Shown here: positions 1 to 10,515 of the stretch, in pieces | Layout of the letters: the number at the start of each line of letters is the position of its first letter | How positions within the stretch are numbered: position 1 is the stretch's first letter | Assembly: GCA_963837105.1 (NCBI GenBank) | Contig: CAWIMG010000021.1 | Coordinates: forward strand, 1-64,000 | Direction of reading: 5' to 3' | DNA length: 64,000 bases | DNA from: an uncultured Actinomycetes bacterium | Lineage (GTDB): Bacteria; Actinomycetota; Actinomycetes; Streptosporangiales; Streptosporangiaceae | Notes under the pieces: generated by a model | The model's input: the letters and a program-made list of their open reading frames with translations, nothing else | Databases searched by the model: none | Told to the model about the DNA's origin: nothing | Position numbers and translations under genes: made by a program

Positions 1-73
1 CGTCCGTGCCCCTCGCGTGCCCGTCCGGTTCCCGAGGTTGGGCACAGGCCGAGTGCCGGAGGTCCCGGCCTGA

Positions 74-337
74 TCAGTCGCTGTAGTGATAGCGCGCTTT
101 GAGGATCTTCACTTCTTTATCGTCGGTCCGGTACACGAGGCGGTGTTCGTCATCGATGCGGCGAGACCAGTAGCCGGAAAGGTCGCCCTTCAAGGGCTCA
201 GGCTTGCCTATCCCAGCGAACGGGTCACGCTGGATCTCGGCTATCAGGCGAGTGATCCTGATTGCCTTCCTCCGATCCGCGCCCAGCCAGTACATGCAGT
301 CTTCCCAGCCGTCCGGGTCGAAGTGGATGCTACGCAC
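74..337 (-). CDS. yoeB: YoeB/Txe-family type II toxin (mRNA interferase)
   Basis: 87 aa; C-terminal ...[20 protein letters not shown] is typical of YoeB; its start abuts the stop of the upstream YefM antitoxin gene. Confidence 0.85.
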   Translation of the reverse strand: MRSIHFDPDGWEDCMYWLGADRRKAIRITRLIAEIQRDPFAGIGKPEPLKGDLSGYWSRRIDDEHRLVYRTDDKEVKILKARYHYSD

Positions 338-613
338 TCACTCACCCGCCAGAGCCTGGAGTTCCTCCATAGTCTTGACGATGGTGACCTGACCAGACTT
401 GTCCCTGGCAACGGCTTCCATGAGCCGCCTTGCGTTGGCCGGAGACCGCAGCAGGTAGATGGTCTCCTGCCAGGAGTCAAAGTCCTCGGCGGACATGAGC
501 ACCGCATCTCCGCCCCTGGAATTGATTCGCACCGGCGTATGGTCGTCGTTAACCTGCTGTATCAGCGGAAACAGGCGAGATCGGGCCTCGCTGGCACTGA
601 CAGCCACTGTCAA
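338..613 (-). CDS. yefM: Phd/YefM-family type II antitoxin
   Basis: 91 aa; N-terminal SASEARSRLFPLIQQV...TPVRINSRGGDAVLMSAEDFDSWQETIYLL matches the YefM fold; lies immediately upstream of yoeB on the same strand. Confidence 0.85.
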   Translation of the reverse strand: MTVAVSASEARSRLFPLIQQVNDDHTPVRINSRGGDAVLMSAEDFDSWQETIYLLRSPANARRLMEAVARDKSGQVTIVKTMEELQALAGE

Positions 614-934
614 ACACTTCCTTCCATCTCGTACCGGTTAACGGTACCATGTCGGTACTCATCTGGCGTACCATGGCCGCACGGCCATGGACTTCCGTTA
701 GCGAATGACGCAGGTCGCGGCTGGCGGGCTGATGCGTAGACCATCCGCTTGCCACGCATGCCCGTGACGTGCCCGATCAGACGGTGGGCGACGGTGATTC
801 AGCGTTGCTCATGGCGACCCACAAACAGGCCCTGAGCTGGCCCGCAGCAGTTCCGCGGGGTGTGGTCCACAGCCTTCCAAGCTGGCCATGAGGGTTCGGG
901 CGTGTCCTAGACCTCGCCGTGTGGCAGGGGCGGG

Positions 935-1483
935 TCACGGCCGCCGCTCGATGACCTTCGCGTGCAGGAGCTTCCCGGCGAGTTCGATGCGGAGACGGGG
1001 ATCGGCAGTGGCGTCCGTGGCGTGGAGCTTGAGCTTGGAGTAGGTGAGGTTGAGCCCATCGGTGTCGATCACGATGCCCGGCGAACTGAGGATGAACAGC
1101 TTGCCGTGCACCATGTCAGTCTCGATTCGCAGGACGTTCGAGGTGATCACCGCGTGGGTGAAGTCGAGGGTGACCCGGCACTCGTGTGTGCGGAGCTCGA
1201 TGCGCGCGGGTACCGGCCAGCGCCCCTCCCGTAGATACCTGCCGCCGTGCTGCTCGATTACGAGTACGTCGCTGCCGCTGGCTGCGGGCGCGATCGGCAG
1301 GTCGGCGGTGAGCCCAGCCAGCTCGCCGAGCGTCCGGGCCGAAAGCGCGCTCTCCAGCCGGGTGTCGAGCTCCCCGGCGCTGAGCCTGCCATCACCGGCG
1401 GCGACCCGCAGCGCCTCCACGACGCGATCGCGATCCGCGTGTGATGCCCGCAGGCCGGGCTGGTCATCCGGCATGGCAGCCAC
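935..1483 (-). CDS. DUF1707 (SHOCT-like) domain protein with a LiaF-like C-terminal domain
   Basis: N-terminal RASHADRDRVVEALRVAAGDGRLSAGELDTRLESALSARTLGEL is the DUF1707 signature found in many actinobacterial proteins. Confidence 0.6.
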   Translation of the reverse strand: MAAMPDDQPGLRASHADRDRVVEALRVAAGDGRLSAGELDTRLESALSARTLGELAGLTADLPIAPAASGSDVLVIEQHGGRYLREGRWPVPARIELRTHECRVTLDFTHAVITSNVLRIETDMVHGKLFILSSPGIVIDTDGLNLTYSKLKLHATDATADPRLRIELAGKLLHAKVIERRP

Positions 1484-1708
1484 GTTAGCCCAGGGCGCAG
1501 TTCACACTTCGGGGCGGTCGTTCAGTGACAAGGGCCTGCGGGCCGGTCCGCTGGCAGCAGGGAGAACATCACGCTGTCGCGCCGGCCGCCGGGAAACGGC
1601 GTCCACGCCCGCAGCAGCACGATACGGCGGGGCCGTGCCCCCAAGATGCCCCCGAAGGCGGAGTGGCTTGCTTGGCCAGTTGGCGAGCCTGCTGGAACGC
1701 TGGTGACC

Positions 1709-2491
1709 ATGAGTGACAACGACAACCTGCCGGGCCAGGGCACCACTGCTGACCGTCCTGTGAGCAACATGGGCCGCCTGGCTCAGTACGAAGCCCGCAG
1801 CCAACAGCCGCTTGACCTGCTAGCCCTGGCCACCCTGTGGCTCGTCGTGGTCCCGCCGGGCGACTTCGGGCACGACGTGGTGTATGTCGTGCTCGCCTTC
1901 CGGGTTGCCTTGTCGGTCGTCTACGGCATCGACATCGTCATCCGCAGCAGCCTGGCCCCCCGCCATGTTCACTACGCGCTCACCCACCCACTGGCTCTGG
2001 TATCGGTCATCCTCCCGCCGGTGCGTGTGCTATTCAGCCTCCGGCTGGTCCGGTCGATGTTCCGGCGCGGGCACCTGGGCCGGTTCCTGGTGGCCGCCGC
2101 GGTACTGGTGCTCGACGGCGCGATCATCGTGTACCTGTTCGAGCGGCACGCCCATGGCTCCAACATCCACACCCTGGGTGACGCGGTGTGGTGGTCGTTT
2201 GTCACGGTCACCACCGTCGGCTACGGCGACTTTTACCCGGTTACCACCGGGGGGCGGATCACAGCGTGTTTCATCATGGGCACCGGGCTGCTCACGCTGG
2301 CAGTGGTCACCGCGCAAGTGGCGTCCAGTTTCGTTGGCCAGGGCTCCAGCCGGGGCCAGTCTGCCCGGCAGGACGAGGCGGCCCCGCCAGAGGTGACGCT
2401 GGCCGAACTCGACCAGCGGCTGGCCCGGATCGAAAGGCTGCTGACCGCGTCTCACCCAGGAGGCTCCCCCGGCGCCATCGCCGACGATTGA
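1709..2491 (+). CDS. Potassium channel protein (Ion_trans_2; TVGYGD selectivity filter)
   Basis: Pore helix plus filter WWSFVTVTTVGYGDFYPVT preceded by several TM helices. The ORF opens at 1646; the ATG at 1709 (MSDNDN) is a likely true start. Confidence 0.75.
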   Translation: MSDNDNLPGQGTTADRPVSNMGRLAQYEARSQQPLDLLALATLWLVVVPPGDFGHDVVYVVLAFRVALSVVYGIDIVIRSSLAPRHVHYALTHPLALVSVILPPVRVLFSLRLVRSMFRRGHLGRFLVAAAVLVLDGAIIVYLFERHAHGSNIHTLGDAVWWSFVTVTTVGYGDFYPVTTGGRITACFIMGTGLLTLAVVTAQVASSFVGQGSSRGQSARQDEAAPPEVTLAELDQRLARIERLLTASHPGGSPGAIADD

Positions 2492-2556
2492 CCGGTGAGC
2501 ACCAGGAAACCGGCGACCACGGGAGCACCTGGCGGGAGGGCGCCGCGGCACCGGGG

Positions 2557-2934
2557 TCAGTCCTCGCCGGAGAAACGCTCCCAGGCTGCCTGCTTCGACA
2601 CCCCGAGCGCCTGCCCGATGCGGGTCCAGCTGATGCCCCGGTCGCGCAAGATGGCCACATGGTCGTGCACGGCGGCATCGACCTGTGACACCACGGCCTG
2701 GACCTTTCCCAGGCTCGCGAGCAGTTCGTCGTCCGGCCGGTCCTGCCACGAGCCGAACTCACGCACCTGCTCCTCCGCGATGATCAGATCGCACAGGTGC
2801 ACGCACTCGTTGCAGATGTAGACGCCAGGACCGGCGACGAGCTTGGCAACGGTGTCCTGGTCCTTGCTGCAGAACGAGCAGCACACGGTCTCACGCCTGC
2901 CGGCGGCTGGCGCCGTACTCCGGGAATTCGCCAT
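2557..2934 (-). CDS. ClpX-type C4 zinc-finger protein with a C-terminal HTH-like segment
   Basis: [31 protein letters not shown] matches the ClpX N-terminal ZnF. An internal Met (MANSRST) is the likely start; the longer ORF runs to 3114. Confidence 0.55.
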   Translation of the reverse strand: MANSRSTAPAAGRRETVCCSFCSKDQDTVAKLVAGPGVYICNECVHLCDLIIAEEQVREFGSWQDRPDDELLASLGKVQAVVSQVDAAVHDHVAILRDRGISWTRIGQALGVSKQAAWERFSGED

Positions 2935-2981
2935 GTCGTCAAGATATCCTTGACGATTCTCGTCGTCAAGGATGCCTTGAC

Positions 2982-4376
2982 TCACCCCACCCGGGCCAGC
3001 CGAGCCCACACCCGGCGCACCGGCCGGCTGCTGGTTCGCCACCAGGTGACCGTGCCCTCCCTGCCGCCCACGCCGGCTTCGGCCCCATGCTGCGCCGGGC
3101 TGCTGGTGATCCACCGGGCGGCGAGCAGGGCGGAGCCCAGCGTCAGCACGCCGCCGGCGATGACAGCTGCGCTGAGGCCGAGCGCCTGGGCCAGCAGCCC
3201 GGCGATCACCGCCCCGATGGCGTAGCCGAGGTCACGCCAGAACCGGTAGACCCCCAGCCCCTGCGCGCGCCACGACGGGTGGGTGTGGTCGGCGACCGCG
3301 GCGCTCAGAGCCGGCTGGGCCATCGCGGTCCCGACGCCGAGCAGCGCCGCGCTGGCCAGGCCCGCCACCAGCGGCCGGGCGAGCAGGACCAGCGCGGCAG
3401 GGAAGGCCGCGGCCTGGACGATCATCCCGGAGACGATCATCGGCCGGCGCCCGAGCGTGTCCGCCAGCCGCCCGGTGAACAACTGGCACCCACCCCACAG
3501 GATCGGGTACAGCCCCTTGACCAGGCCGATGGCGGCCAGCCCGAGTCCATGGGAGGCGAACAGCAACGGGAAAACCGCCCAGGTCAGGCCGTCGTTGAGG
3601 TTGTTGGCCAGGCCGGCCTGGCTGGCCCCACGCAACGGCCGGTTCCGCCAGCTGGCGTCCTTGACAACGGTCCAGAACGATGTCCCTCCGCCCGGCCCGG
3701 CTGGCGGAGCCGAGCCCGGCTAGGCGGCATGCAGTGCTGTTTCCGCGGCCACGTGCTCGGCGGTGTCCCTGACCACCACCACGGACAGGGCCAGCCCGGC
3801 CAGCACGTAGATCCCCCCGATCAACTCGGGCACCGGCCGCAGGCCGTAAGCCGCCGCCAGGTAGCCGGTCGCCAGCGCGGTCGCGCCCACCGCCACATAA
3901 CCGGCGGCCTCGTTCAGGCCCATGGCCAGGCCGCGGCCGCGCGGCCCCACCAGGTCCATCTTCATGTTCACGACCATGGACGAGGTCAGGCCCTGATTGA
4001 CACCCAGGCACACGTTCGCGGCGACGATCCACGCCCAGGCCGGTGCCCAGGCGAGCAGGAACGGGACGGGGAGGCCGGCGGCCCAGCCGGCCACCAGCAG
4101 CGTCTTGCGGGCATGCCGGGCGGTCAGCGGCCCGGCGGCCAGGTTGGCCAGCGCCTTGGTCACCCCGAACGCGACGATGAAGCTGAACACCGCCAGGTAG
4201 CCGGACAGGTGGAATACCCGGGTGCCGACCAGGCTGGTGGTGGCCCGCTCCAGGCCCACCATGCCGCCGACGAAGACATTCACCACCACCAGCAGCGCGA
4301 ACTGCGGCCAGTTCGCGCGCAGCCCCAGCCGCACCGGGCCTACTGGCGCCCGCCGCTGGCCGCTGCTGATCGCCAT
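2982..4376 (-). pseudogene. MFS transporter interrupted by an in-frame TAG at 3720-3722, after TM6
   Basis: ORFs 3720..4517 (TM1-6) and 2982..3635 (TM7-12) are in the same frame. The bridging translation PGSAPPAGPGGGTSFWTVVKDASWRNRPLRGASQ reads as the central MFS loop. Confidence 0.6.
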
Positions 4377-4586
4377 GGGATGCCTCCCGCGTCCGCCCTG
4401 CTGGTTCGCCAGCCATCGTGCGCGCGGGGGCTTGCAGCGAGTTTGCAGCCGGTCACACCAGCAGCCGGGCGGCCGCACACATCCGTGCCAGTGCCGTCCC
4501 AGACGGAAGCCAGCCACTGCCCGGCTGAGGCTGACCCGGGCGCAGGCAGGCCAGGGCCCAGGAGCGAAGTGATTACCGGAACTGGC

Positions 4587-6071
4587 TCATGCCAGTGCGG
4601 TATCCGCGTGAGCGCCGCTGTCGGTCTTCTCGCCTCCTGGCAGACGCCCGGCCAGGCGCGGCTCAATACGGGCGACGGCGACATAGGCGACGACCACAGC
4701 CACGATCACCAGCGGCATGACCTTCGTGGCGTCCGAGAGAAGCAGCAAGCTGGCGAGCAGGACCGAGGTCAGGGGCAGCTTCATCACCGCCGCGGTCAGC
4801 GCGCCGATGCCCATGGCCACCCCGGCCACCAGCGGCAGGCCGGGCAGATGGGACATCGCGACCCCTCCGGCCGCGCCGATGAACAGTGCCGGGAAGATGG
4901 GCCCGCCCCGGAAACTGCCCCGTGACACGCCATAGGCGAGCGTCTTGCAGACCAGCAGCAGCAGCAGCGCACCCACCGAGTAGCTGGAGGCGTGCTGGAT
5001 GAGCGGCCCGATGTCGGCCTGCCCGGAGAACAGCACGTCCGATGACGGCTTGCCGGTCGTCTGCGTGTAGATGATCGTGAGCACCGCGACGGCCACGCCG
5101 GCCAGCGGGAGCACGATCATGACCCGCTTGGCGGCGTAGCGGTGCACGGACATCGACAGCCAGAGGATCACCGGGCCGAGCAGTGCGGCGGCCAGCCCGA
5201 TCACGATCGCCCAGCCGAATTCGGCCAGGTCGGGATGGCTGAAGGGCGGCAGGCTGGGGATGGCCAGCGAGAACGTGCCCAGCCCGGTCAGGCTGTCCAG
5301 GCCGACGAAGATGAGCGCGCCCACCCCGGAGGCCAGCAGACCGGGCACCAGCACCAGGCCCATCGTGGGCCCGCCCAGCCCGGACGCCTCCATCAGCAGG
5401 AAAGCGCCGGTGATCGGCGATCCCAGCAGCGTGCTGATGGCCGCGAAGCCCCCCGCGGCAGCCAGCACCCTCACCCCTTGGGCTGGCACCGGCCGCCGCC
5501 GGGCCGCCGCCTTAGTGGCCAGCACCGCCAGGCCGCTGCCGAGGGCGATGAGCGGCATCTCGGGGCCAATCACAGTGCCAAAGGCCAGCGACGCCAGCGC
5601 CGCCAAGAGGACGCCGGGGAGCTGGACTGGGGTCGGCGGCGGATGCACGGCGAAACCGGGCGCCGGCGAAGCCCCGCCGTTACCCGGCAGGTACCGGATG
5701 GCCAGGGCAGCCAGCACCGCGCCGATCACCAGCATCGGCAGCGGCCACCACGCCGGCGCGGTACCGTAACCGAGCCCATGGGGCAGGTGGGTGAACAGCT
5801 CCTTTTGCAGGTAGCTGACCAGCGCCAGGAACCCCCAGGCGGCCGCGGAGATCGGCACACCCAGGATCGCCGCGAAGACCAGCAGCCCGACGTAGGCGCG
5901 GCTGCGCAGCAGGGTCATGGGGTCCGGAGGGCTGGCTCCGGCCGGCTGCCCCGGCCGACCCGGCGAGGCTGACGCGTCCGGGGGGGCTGGCGTACCTCCC
6001 GGCGTTGTGGCATCCGGCGAGGTCGGAGTGCTCGGCGTACCCGACCCCGGCGGATCGTTCCGCATGGCCAT
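4587..6071 (-). CDS. ClC-family chloride channel / H+-Cl- exchanger
   Basis: ~12 TM helices; GxFxP-type motif GSFRGGPIFPALFIGAAGG; ClC-like helix arrangement. Pro-rich N-terminal extension; the start is an ATG (MAMRNDPP) inside the 740-aa ORF 4587..6809. Confidence 0.7.
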   Translation of the reverse strand: MAMRNDPPGSGTPSTPTSPDATTPGGTPAPPDASASPGRPGQPAGASPPDPMTLLRSRAYVGLLVFAAILGVPISAAAWGFLALVSYLQKELFTHLPHGLGYGTAPAWWPLPMLVIGAVLAALAIRYLPGNGGASPAPGFAVHPPPTPVQLPGVLLAALASLAFGTVIGPEMPLIALGSGLAVLATKAAARRRPVPAQGVRVLAAAGGFAAISTLLGSPITGAFLLMEASGLGGPTMGLVLVPGLLASGVGALIFVGLDSLTGLGTFSLAIPSLPPFSHPDLAEFGWAIVIGLAAALLGPVILWLSMSVHRYAAKRVMIVLPLAGVAVAVLTIIYTQTTGKPSSDVLFSGQADIGPLIQHASSYSVGALLLLLVCKTLAYGVSRGSFRGGPIFPALFIGAAGGVAMSHLPGLPLVAGVAMGIGALTAAVMKLPLTSVLLASLLLLSDATKVMPLVIVAVVVAYVAVARIEPRLAGRLPGGEKTDSGAHADTALA

Positions 6072-6172
6072 CAACCCATCCTCGCGTTCTTGGGAACTGA
6101 GCGTCTCACCTGTACCGGGTGACCCCTGCTCTTGCTGGTGGCCGGCGGGGCCTGGTAGCCGCGCAGGTGACC

Positions 6173-6834
6173 CTACTTCAGGATGTTCACCGCCCGGGCG
6201 ACCACCAGGATGCCAACGACCAGCGAGACCGCCTCCTCGGCCATCATCATCAGCTTCGCCCATGGCTTGATGGCAGAGACGTCGGTCGGGCTGAACGCCA
6301 TCGCGGTGTTGAAGGACAGGTGCAGGTAGTCCACGAATGACGGGTACCAGCCCTGCCGCACGAGCTCCGGGTTCGACATCTCGGGGAACACGAACGCCGG
6401 GGAGACGCCGGATTCGTGCGCGCGGGCGGCCGCGCCGCCCCGGTCGAGGTCCCAGTACCACAGGCCGAAGGCGATCACGTTCGTCACCCAGATGACCGCA
6501 CCCGCGAGCAGCAGGGTGTTCGCGTCTGGTGGTGAAGTGCTCAGTCCGGACGATGGAAGCCACCAGCCGGATCGATGACCCCGCGTTGACGAATGTGATC
6601 ACCCCGATGAGCACCCCGGTCAGGACCCGCAGCCAGGTCCGCTGCCGGTCGATCCGGCCCGGGATCGCCGATGATGAGCACGGCCACCAGGATGACCAGC
6701 ACCACGATGAAAGCCGGCCGCGCGTCGTGCAGCCGGAGCTGAGACGGCAGGAAGACCCGAAGCCCCCCGGCGAGCAGTACCGCGACCGCCATCGGCCACC
6801 GGCGTTCACCTATCTGTTCCCGTTCGGTAGCCAT
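6173..6834 (-). pseudogene. DUF1345 membrane protein with two apparent frameshifts
   Basis: DUF1345-like sequence is spread over three minus-strand frames: N-terminus ERRWPMAVAVLLAG...LIIGDPG (ORF 6541..7281), middle GRIDRQRTWLRVLTGVLIGVITFVNAGSSIRLVASIV (frame of ORF 4587..6809), and C-terminus TNVIAFGLWYWDLDRGG...FVFPEMSNPELV...LSFNTAMAFSPTDVS (ORF 6173..6487). Shifts are near 6665 and 6490-6545. Confidence 0.55.
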
Positions 6835-6966
6835 GAGGCAAGATACCGTGGCCCTGGTCACAGGCGGCCGGCCCGCACCCGCCGCGCGGGCGGTATGGAC
6901 CAGCCCCGCACCGCCGTTGAGCAGGAAAGGCGGGTCGCGCCGGTACCGGCAGCAAGGAGGCCGATC

Positions 6967-7317
6967 ATGACCAGCGAACACCTCTCTACCAGGCCAAACG
7001 GCGGTGCCGCGCCGGTCGCCTGCGCCCTCACCCGGGACGGGCTGGCCGCACAGCGCGCCCACTGGCAGCGGCTCGCCGCTCGGGCGCTGATGGAGCGGGC
7101 CGACACCGCGGACGGCGTGCGGCTCGCCTTCCGGCCCGGACCCGGCGTCGAGGCGGAACTGCGTGCGCTGGTCGCCACCGAGCAGGAGTGCTGCCCGTGG
7201 GCGGACTGGACGGTGCAGGCAACGGCCCAGCAGGTGGTGCTCGGCGTACACGCCACCGGCACCGGGACGGACGCCCTGCACGATATGTTCACCAGCCTGC
7301 GGCTAGTGACTGCCTGA
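6967..7317 (+). CDS. Hypothetical protein (~116 aa; EQECCPW motif)
   Basis: ATG at 6967 inside ORF 6529..7317; very high GC3 in this frame; no family recognised. Confidence 0.4.
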   Translation: MTSEHLSTRPNGGAAPVACALTRDGLAAQRAHWQRLAARALMERADTADGVRLAFRPGPGVEAELRALVATEQECCPWADWTVQATAQQVVLGVHATGTGTDALHDMFTSLRLVTA

Positions 7318-7462
7318 GCTTCCGCCTGCACTCCATGCACCAGCCCCGTCGTCAGGGTGCTGATGAGAACCGCGCCGACCAGGGCCGTACCGGGTGCCCT
7401 CGCCCGGAGCCCTCCCCCGCCAGCGCTGGCGGCCAGCGCGGCCGGGCATCTAACCTAGCCCG

Positions 7463-8300
7463 GTGACGCCAGCGCGTGCGGTCAGGTTCGGGGTCTACCT
7501 GCCGGCGTTCGGGCCGTTCGGCGATCCGGCGGTGCTGGCCGACCTGGCGGTGCGGGCCGAGGCAAGCGGCTGGGACGGGGTGTTCCTGTGGGACCACCTG
7601 GTACGGGCGGACATGCCTGTCGCCGACGCCTGGACCTGCCTGGCGGCCATGGCCCAGGCCACCCGGGCGCTCCGGCTGGGGCCGATGGTGACCCCGCTGG
7701 CCCGGCGCCGTCCCTGGGTGGTCGCCCGGCAGGCGGCCACGGTCAGCGCGCTCTCCGGCGGGCGGCTCATCTTCGGCACCGGCCTCGGCTCGGACGAGTC
7801 CGGCGATTTCAGCCGGTTCGGCGAGCCGGCCGACCGGCGCGTCCGGGGGCAGCTGTACGACGAGGGGCTGGCCCTGGTCAGGGCGGTCTGGTCCGGCCAG
7901 CCATGCCGGCACGACAGCCAGCACTACCAGGTCAGCCTGGAGCAGGGCAGCCCGGCGCGCTATCCCATCCCGGTCTGGGTGGCCAGTTCCACCGGCAACC
8001 CGCGGGTGATCCGCCGGGCGGCCGGCTGCGACGGTATCTTCCCCGACACACACGGCCAGGCCCCGGCCGTGGCGGAGGTCCTCGGCTTGCGCGCCGCGCT
8101 GGCCCAGGCCGGCCTGCGGCGGCCGGCCGTTCGACATCGCGCTCGCGGGCAACGCCAGCCCTGCCTGGCAGGAGTCCTTCCAGGTCGACCTCGCCGGGCT
8201 CGCGGAGGCGGGCATGACCTGGTGGCTGGAGTCGCTGATCCACTTCGATCCGCTGGAACTGTCGCTGGCGGTCGTGGACGCCGGCCCGCCCCGCCTGTGA
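7463..8300 (+). CDS. Luciferase-like monooxygenase (LLM) class F420-dependent oxidoreductase with an apparent frameshift near 8117
   Basis: LLM-family N-terminus and core FGVYLPAFGPFGDP...FDGVFLWDHL. The C-terminus RPFDIALAGNASPAWQESFQVDLAGLAEAGMTWWLESLIHF continues in another frame to a stop near 8300. Confidence 0.7.
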
Positions 8301-8502
8301 CTGGCAGCCGCATCTCAGCGAGCGCCGGCCCCCACCAGCTCGATGAGCTTCCCCACGCCCGCGGCTACGGCGCGTCACCGAAAGCTGGCCGTTCTATCCA
8401 ATGGCGGCCAGAGTGTCAGCGGGCCGTGATAAGCACGAATAACCGGGGGTGGCCGGGAGAGTCCCGAGAAGATGGCCGGCCGGGCGAATGCGCCTGACCG
8501 CG

Positions 8503-9633
8503 ATGGAGGGAGTGCCGGTGAGCGGCGTACGGGTGCTGGTGGGCACGCGCAAGGGTGCGTTCGTGCTGACCTCGGATGGCAAGCGGCAGCAGTGGGACGT
8601 CAGCGGGCCCCACTTTCCCGGCTGGGAGATCTACCACGTCAAGGGCTCACCCGCCGACCCGGGCCGGCTGTGGGCGTCACAGTCCAGCGGCTGGTTCGGG
8701 CAGGTGATCCAGCGCTCCGACGACGGCGGCGCGACCTGGGAGCCGGTGGGCAACAAGTTCAGCTACGAGGGCACCCCGGGCACGCACCAGTGGTACGACG
8801 GCACCCCCCACCCATGGGAGTTCGCCCGGGTGTGGCACCTGGAACCGTCCCTGACTGACCCGGACACGGTCTATGCCGGGGTGGAGGATGCGGGGCTGTT
8901 CCGCTCCACCGACGGCGGCCAGCAGTGGCAGGAACTGCCCGGCCTGCGCACCCACAAGTCAGGGCCGTCCTGGCAGCCGGGCGCGGGCGGGATGTGCCTG
9001 CACACGATCATCCTGGATCCCGCCACGCCGGGCCGGATGTACGCCGCCATCTCGGCGGCCGGCGCGTTCCGCTCCGACGACGCGGGCGAGACGTGGCGGC
9101 CGGTGAACCACGGCCTGCACTCGGAAGGCATCCCCGACCCCAACGCCGAGGTCGGCCACTGCGTGCACCGGATCGCCCAGCACCCCGCCCGCCCGTCCGT
9201 GCTGTACATGCAGAAGCACTGGGATGTCATGCGCAGCGACGACGCAGGCGAGTCGTGGCATGAGATCAGCGGCAATCTGCCGACCGATTTCGGGTTCCCG
9301 ATCGACGTGCACGCCCACGACCCGCAGACCATCTACGTGGTCCCGATCACCAGCGACTCGCACCACTTCCCGCCCGAGGGAAAACTGCGCGTCTACCGCA
9401 GCCGGACCGGCGGGGACGACTGGCAGGCGCTCACCAACGGCCTGCCGCAGCAGAACTGCTATGTGAACGTGCTGCGTGACGCGATGGCCGTGGACTCGCT
9501 CGACGACTGCGGCATCTACTTCGGCACCACCGGCGGGCAGGTGTACGCGTCGGCGGACGCTGGCGACAGCTGGGCACCGATCGTCCGGGATCTCCCGGCC
9601 GTGCTGTCGGTTGAGGTCCAGACGCTGTCATGA
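8503..9633 (+). CDS. BNR/Asp-box repeat beta-propeller protein (sialidase- or Ycf48-like fold)
   Basis: Six Asp-box motifs: [50 protein letters not shown] opens at 8449; ATG at 8503 (MEGVPVSG) is the likely start. Confidence 0.7.
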   Translation: MEGVPVSGVRVLVGTRKGAFVLTSDGKRQQWDVSGPHFPGWEIYHVKGSPADPGRLWASQSSGWFGQVIQRSDDGGATWEPVGNKFSYEGTPGTHQWYDGTPHPWEFARVWHLEPSLTDPDTVYAGVEDAGLFRSTDGGQQWQELPGLRTHKSGPSWQPGAGGMCLHTIILDPATPGRMYAAISAAGAFRSDDAGETWRPVNHGLHSEGIPDPNAEVGHCVHRIAQHPARPSVLYMQKHWDVMRSDDAGESWHEISGNLPTDFGFPIDVHAHDPQTIYVVPITSDSHHFPPEGKLRVYRSRTGGDDWQALTNGLPQQNCYVNVLRDAMAVDSLDDCGIYFGTTGGQVYASADAGDSWAPIVRDLPAVLSVEVQTLS

Positions 9634-9926
9634 TCCGGGTGGTGCTCCCCGCGCACCTGCGCACGCTGGCCCGGGTCGACGGCGAAGTGGAACTTCAGGT
9701 CGCGGGTGAGGTGACCCAGCGGTCGGTGCTGGATGCGCTGGAAGCCAGCTTCCCGGTGCTGCGCGGGACGATCCGCGATCAGGACAGCGGGCGGCGGCGG
9801 GCGTTCATCCGGTTCTTCGCATGCGAGCAGGACCTGTCCCATGAGCGGCCGGATGACCCGCTGCCGGTGGCGGTCGCCACCGGCGCGGAGCCCTACCTGA
9901 TCGTCGGCGCCATGGCCGGCGGCTGA
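9630..9926 (+). CDS. MoaD/ThiS-family sulfur-carrier (ubiquitin-like) protein ending in Gly-Gly
   Basis: 98 aa; C-terminus ...[10 protein letters not shown] is followed directly by the stop; 4-bp ATGA overlap with the upstream propeller gene. Confidence 0.7.
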   Translation: MIRVVLPAHLRTLARVDGEVELQVAGEVTQRSVLDALEASFPVLRGTIRDQDSGRRRAFIRFFACEQDLSHERPDDPLPVAVATGAEPYLIVGAMAGG

Positions 9927-9942
9927 CCCGCACCGGGGCGGC

Positions 9943-10512
9943 TCAGCTGCCTGTGCACTGGGGGCTGGTGTGCACCAGCCCGATGGCGACGTTCGTGATG
10001 GGCCACTGGTCCGGGGGGTTGATCGCCACTCCGGCGCCCGCCGGCAATGCGGCCGGATGGATGACCATGACCGGGTAGCCTCCCGCCTGGCGGCCGGAGA
10101 ATATCTGCTTGATCACGTCCCCGCCCACGACGAACCGCTGGCACGAGCTCGGCAGCTGGCCGGAAAACGTGACGGAGGCGGGCAGGCCGTCCGCGCGGAG
10201 TGTGCGCTGCAGCCCGGCCGGATCGCGCAACTGGCGGAGGGTGACATCAATCGTGCCGTCAGCCTGCTTCGCCACTGTCCACGCCGCCAGGGCGATGCCG
10301 CCCGCGTGGCTGGGCTGATGACCCACCGGTCCCAGAGCGGTGACCGCGGCCATGATGGCCGCCGCCGCCACGGCCAGTGCCCCGGCCAGCCCGGCCGTCT
10401 TCCGCCGGGCCCGCAGCGCGCGGCCCCGGCTTTCGATCGATCCCACGTCAGTGGCCGAGTGAACGCTGGTGAAAGACTCCCTCACCGCAATGATCAGGTC
10501 GTTGTCAGTCAT
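9943..10512 (-). CDS. Putative anti-sigma factor (single-TM membrane protein)
   Basis: Immediately downstream of the ECF sigma gene with a 3-bp gap; one TM helix LAGALAVAAAAIMAAVTAL; no zinc-binding HxxxCxxC motif. Confidence 0.5.
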   Translation of the reverse strand: MTDNDLIIAVRESFTSVHSATDVGSIESRGRALRARRKTAGLAGALAVAAAAIMAAVTALGPVGHQPSHAGGIALAAWTVAKQADGTIDVTLRQLRDPAGLQRTLRADGLPASVTFSGQLPSSCQRFVVGGDVIKQIFSGRQAGGYPVMVIHPAALPAGAGVAINPPDQWPITNVAIGLVHTSPQCTGS

Positions 10513-10515
10513 GGC

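Noticed and set aside
3087-4925. 612-aa plus-strand ORF, and similar 300-860-aa ORFs at 3232..4416, 5142..5972, 14802..15899, 14860..16266, 16467..18275, 19771..20829, 21578..23140, 22038..23159, 23513..25018, 28971..30791, 41366..43009, 45101..46570, 46518..48080 and 50325..52151
   Set aside because: They lie antisense or out of frame to well-supported genes, have Arg/Pro/Gly-rich low-complexity translations typical of spurious ORFs in >70% GC DNA, and have no recognisable domains
4587-6809. 740-aa ORF as a single gene
   Set aside because: Only the C-terminal ~494 aa (from MAMRNDPP) is the ClC channel. The N-terminal part of the ORF is the middle segment of the frameshifted DUF1345 gene read in this frame, plus Pro-rich junk
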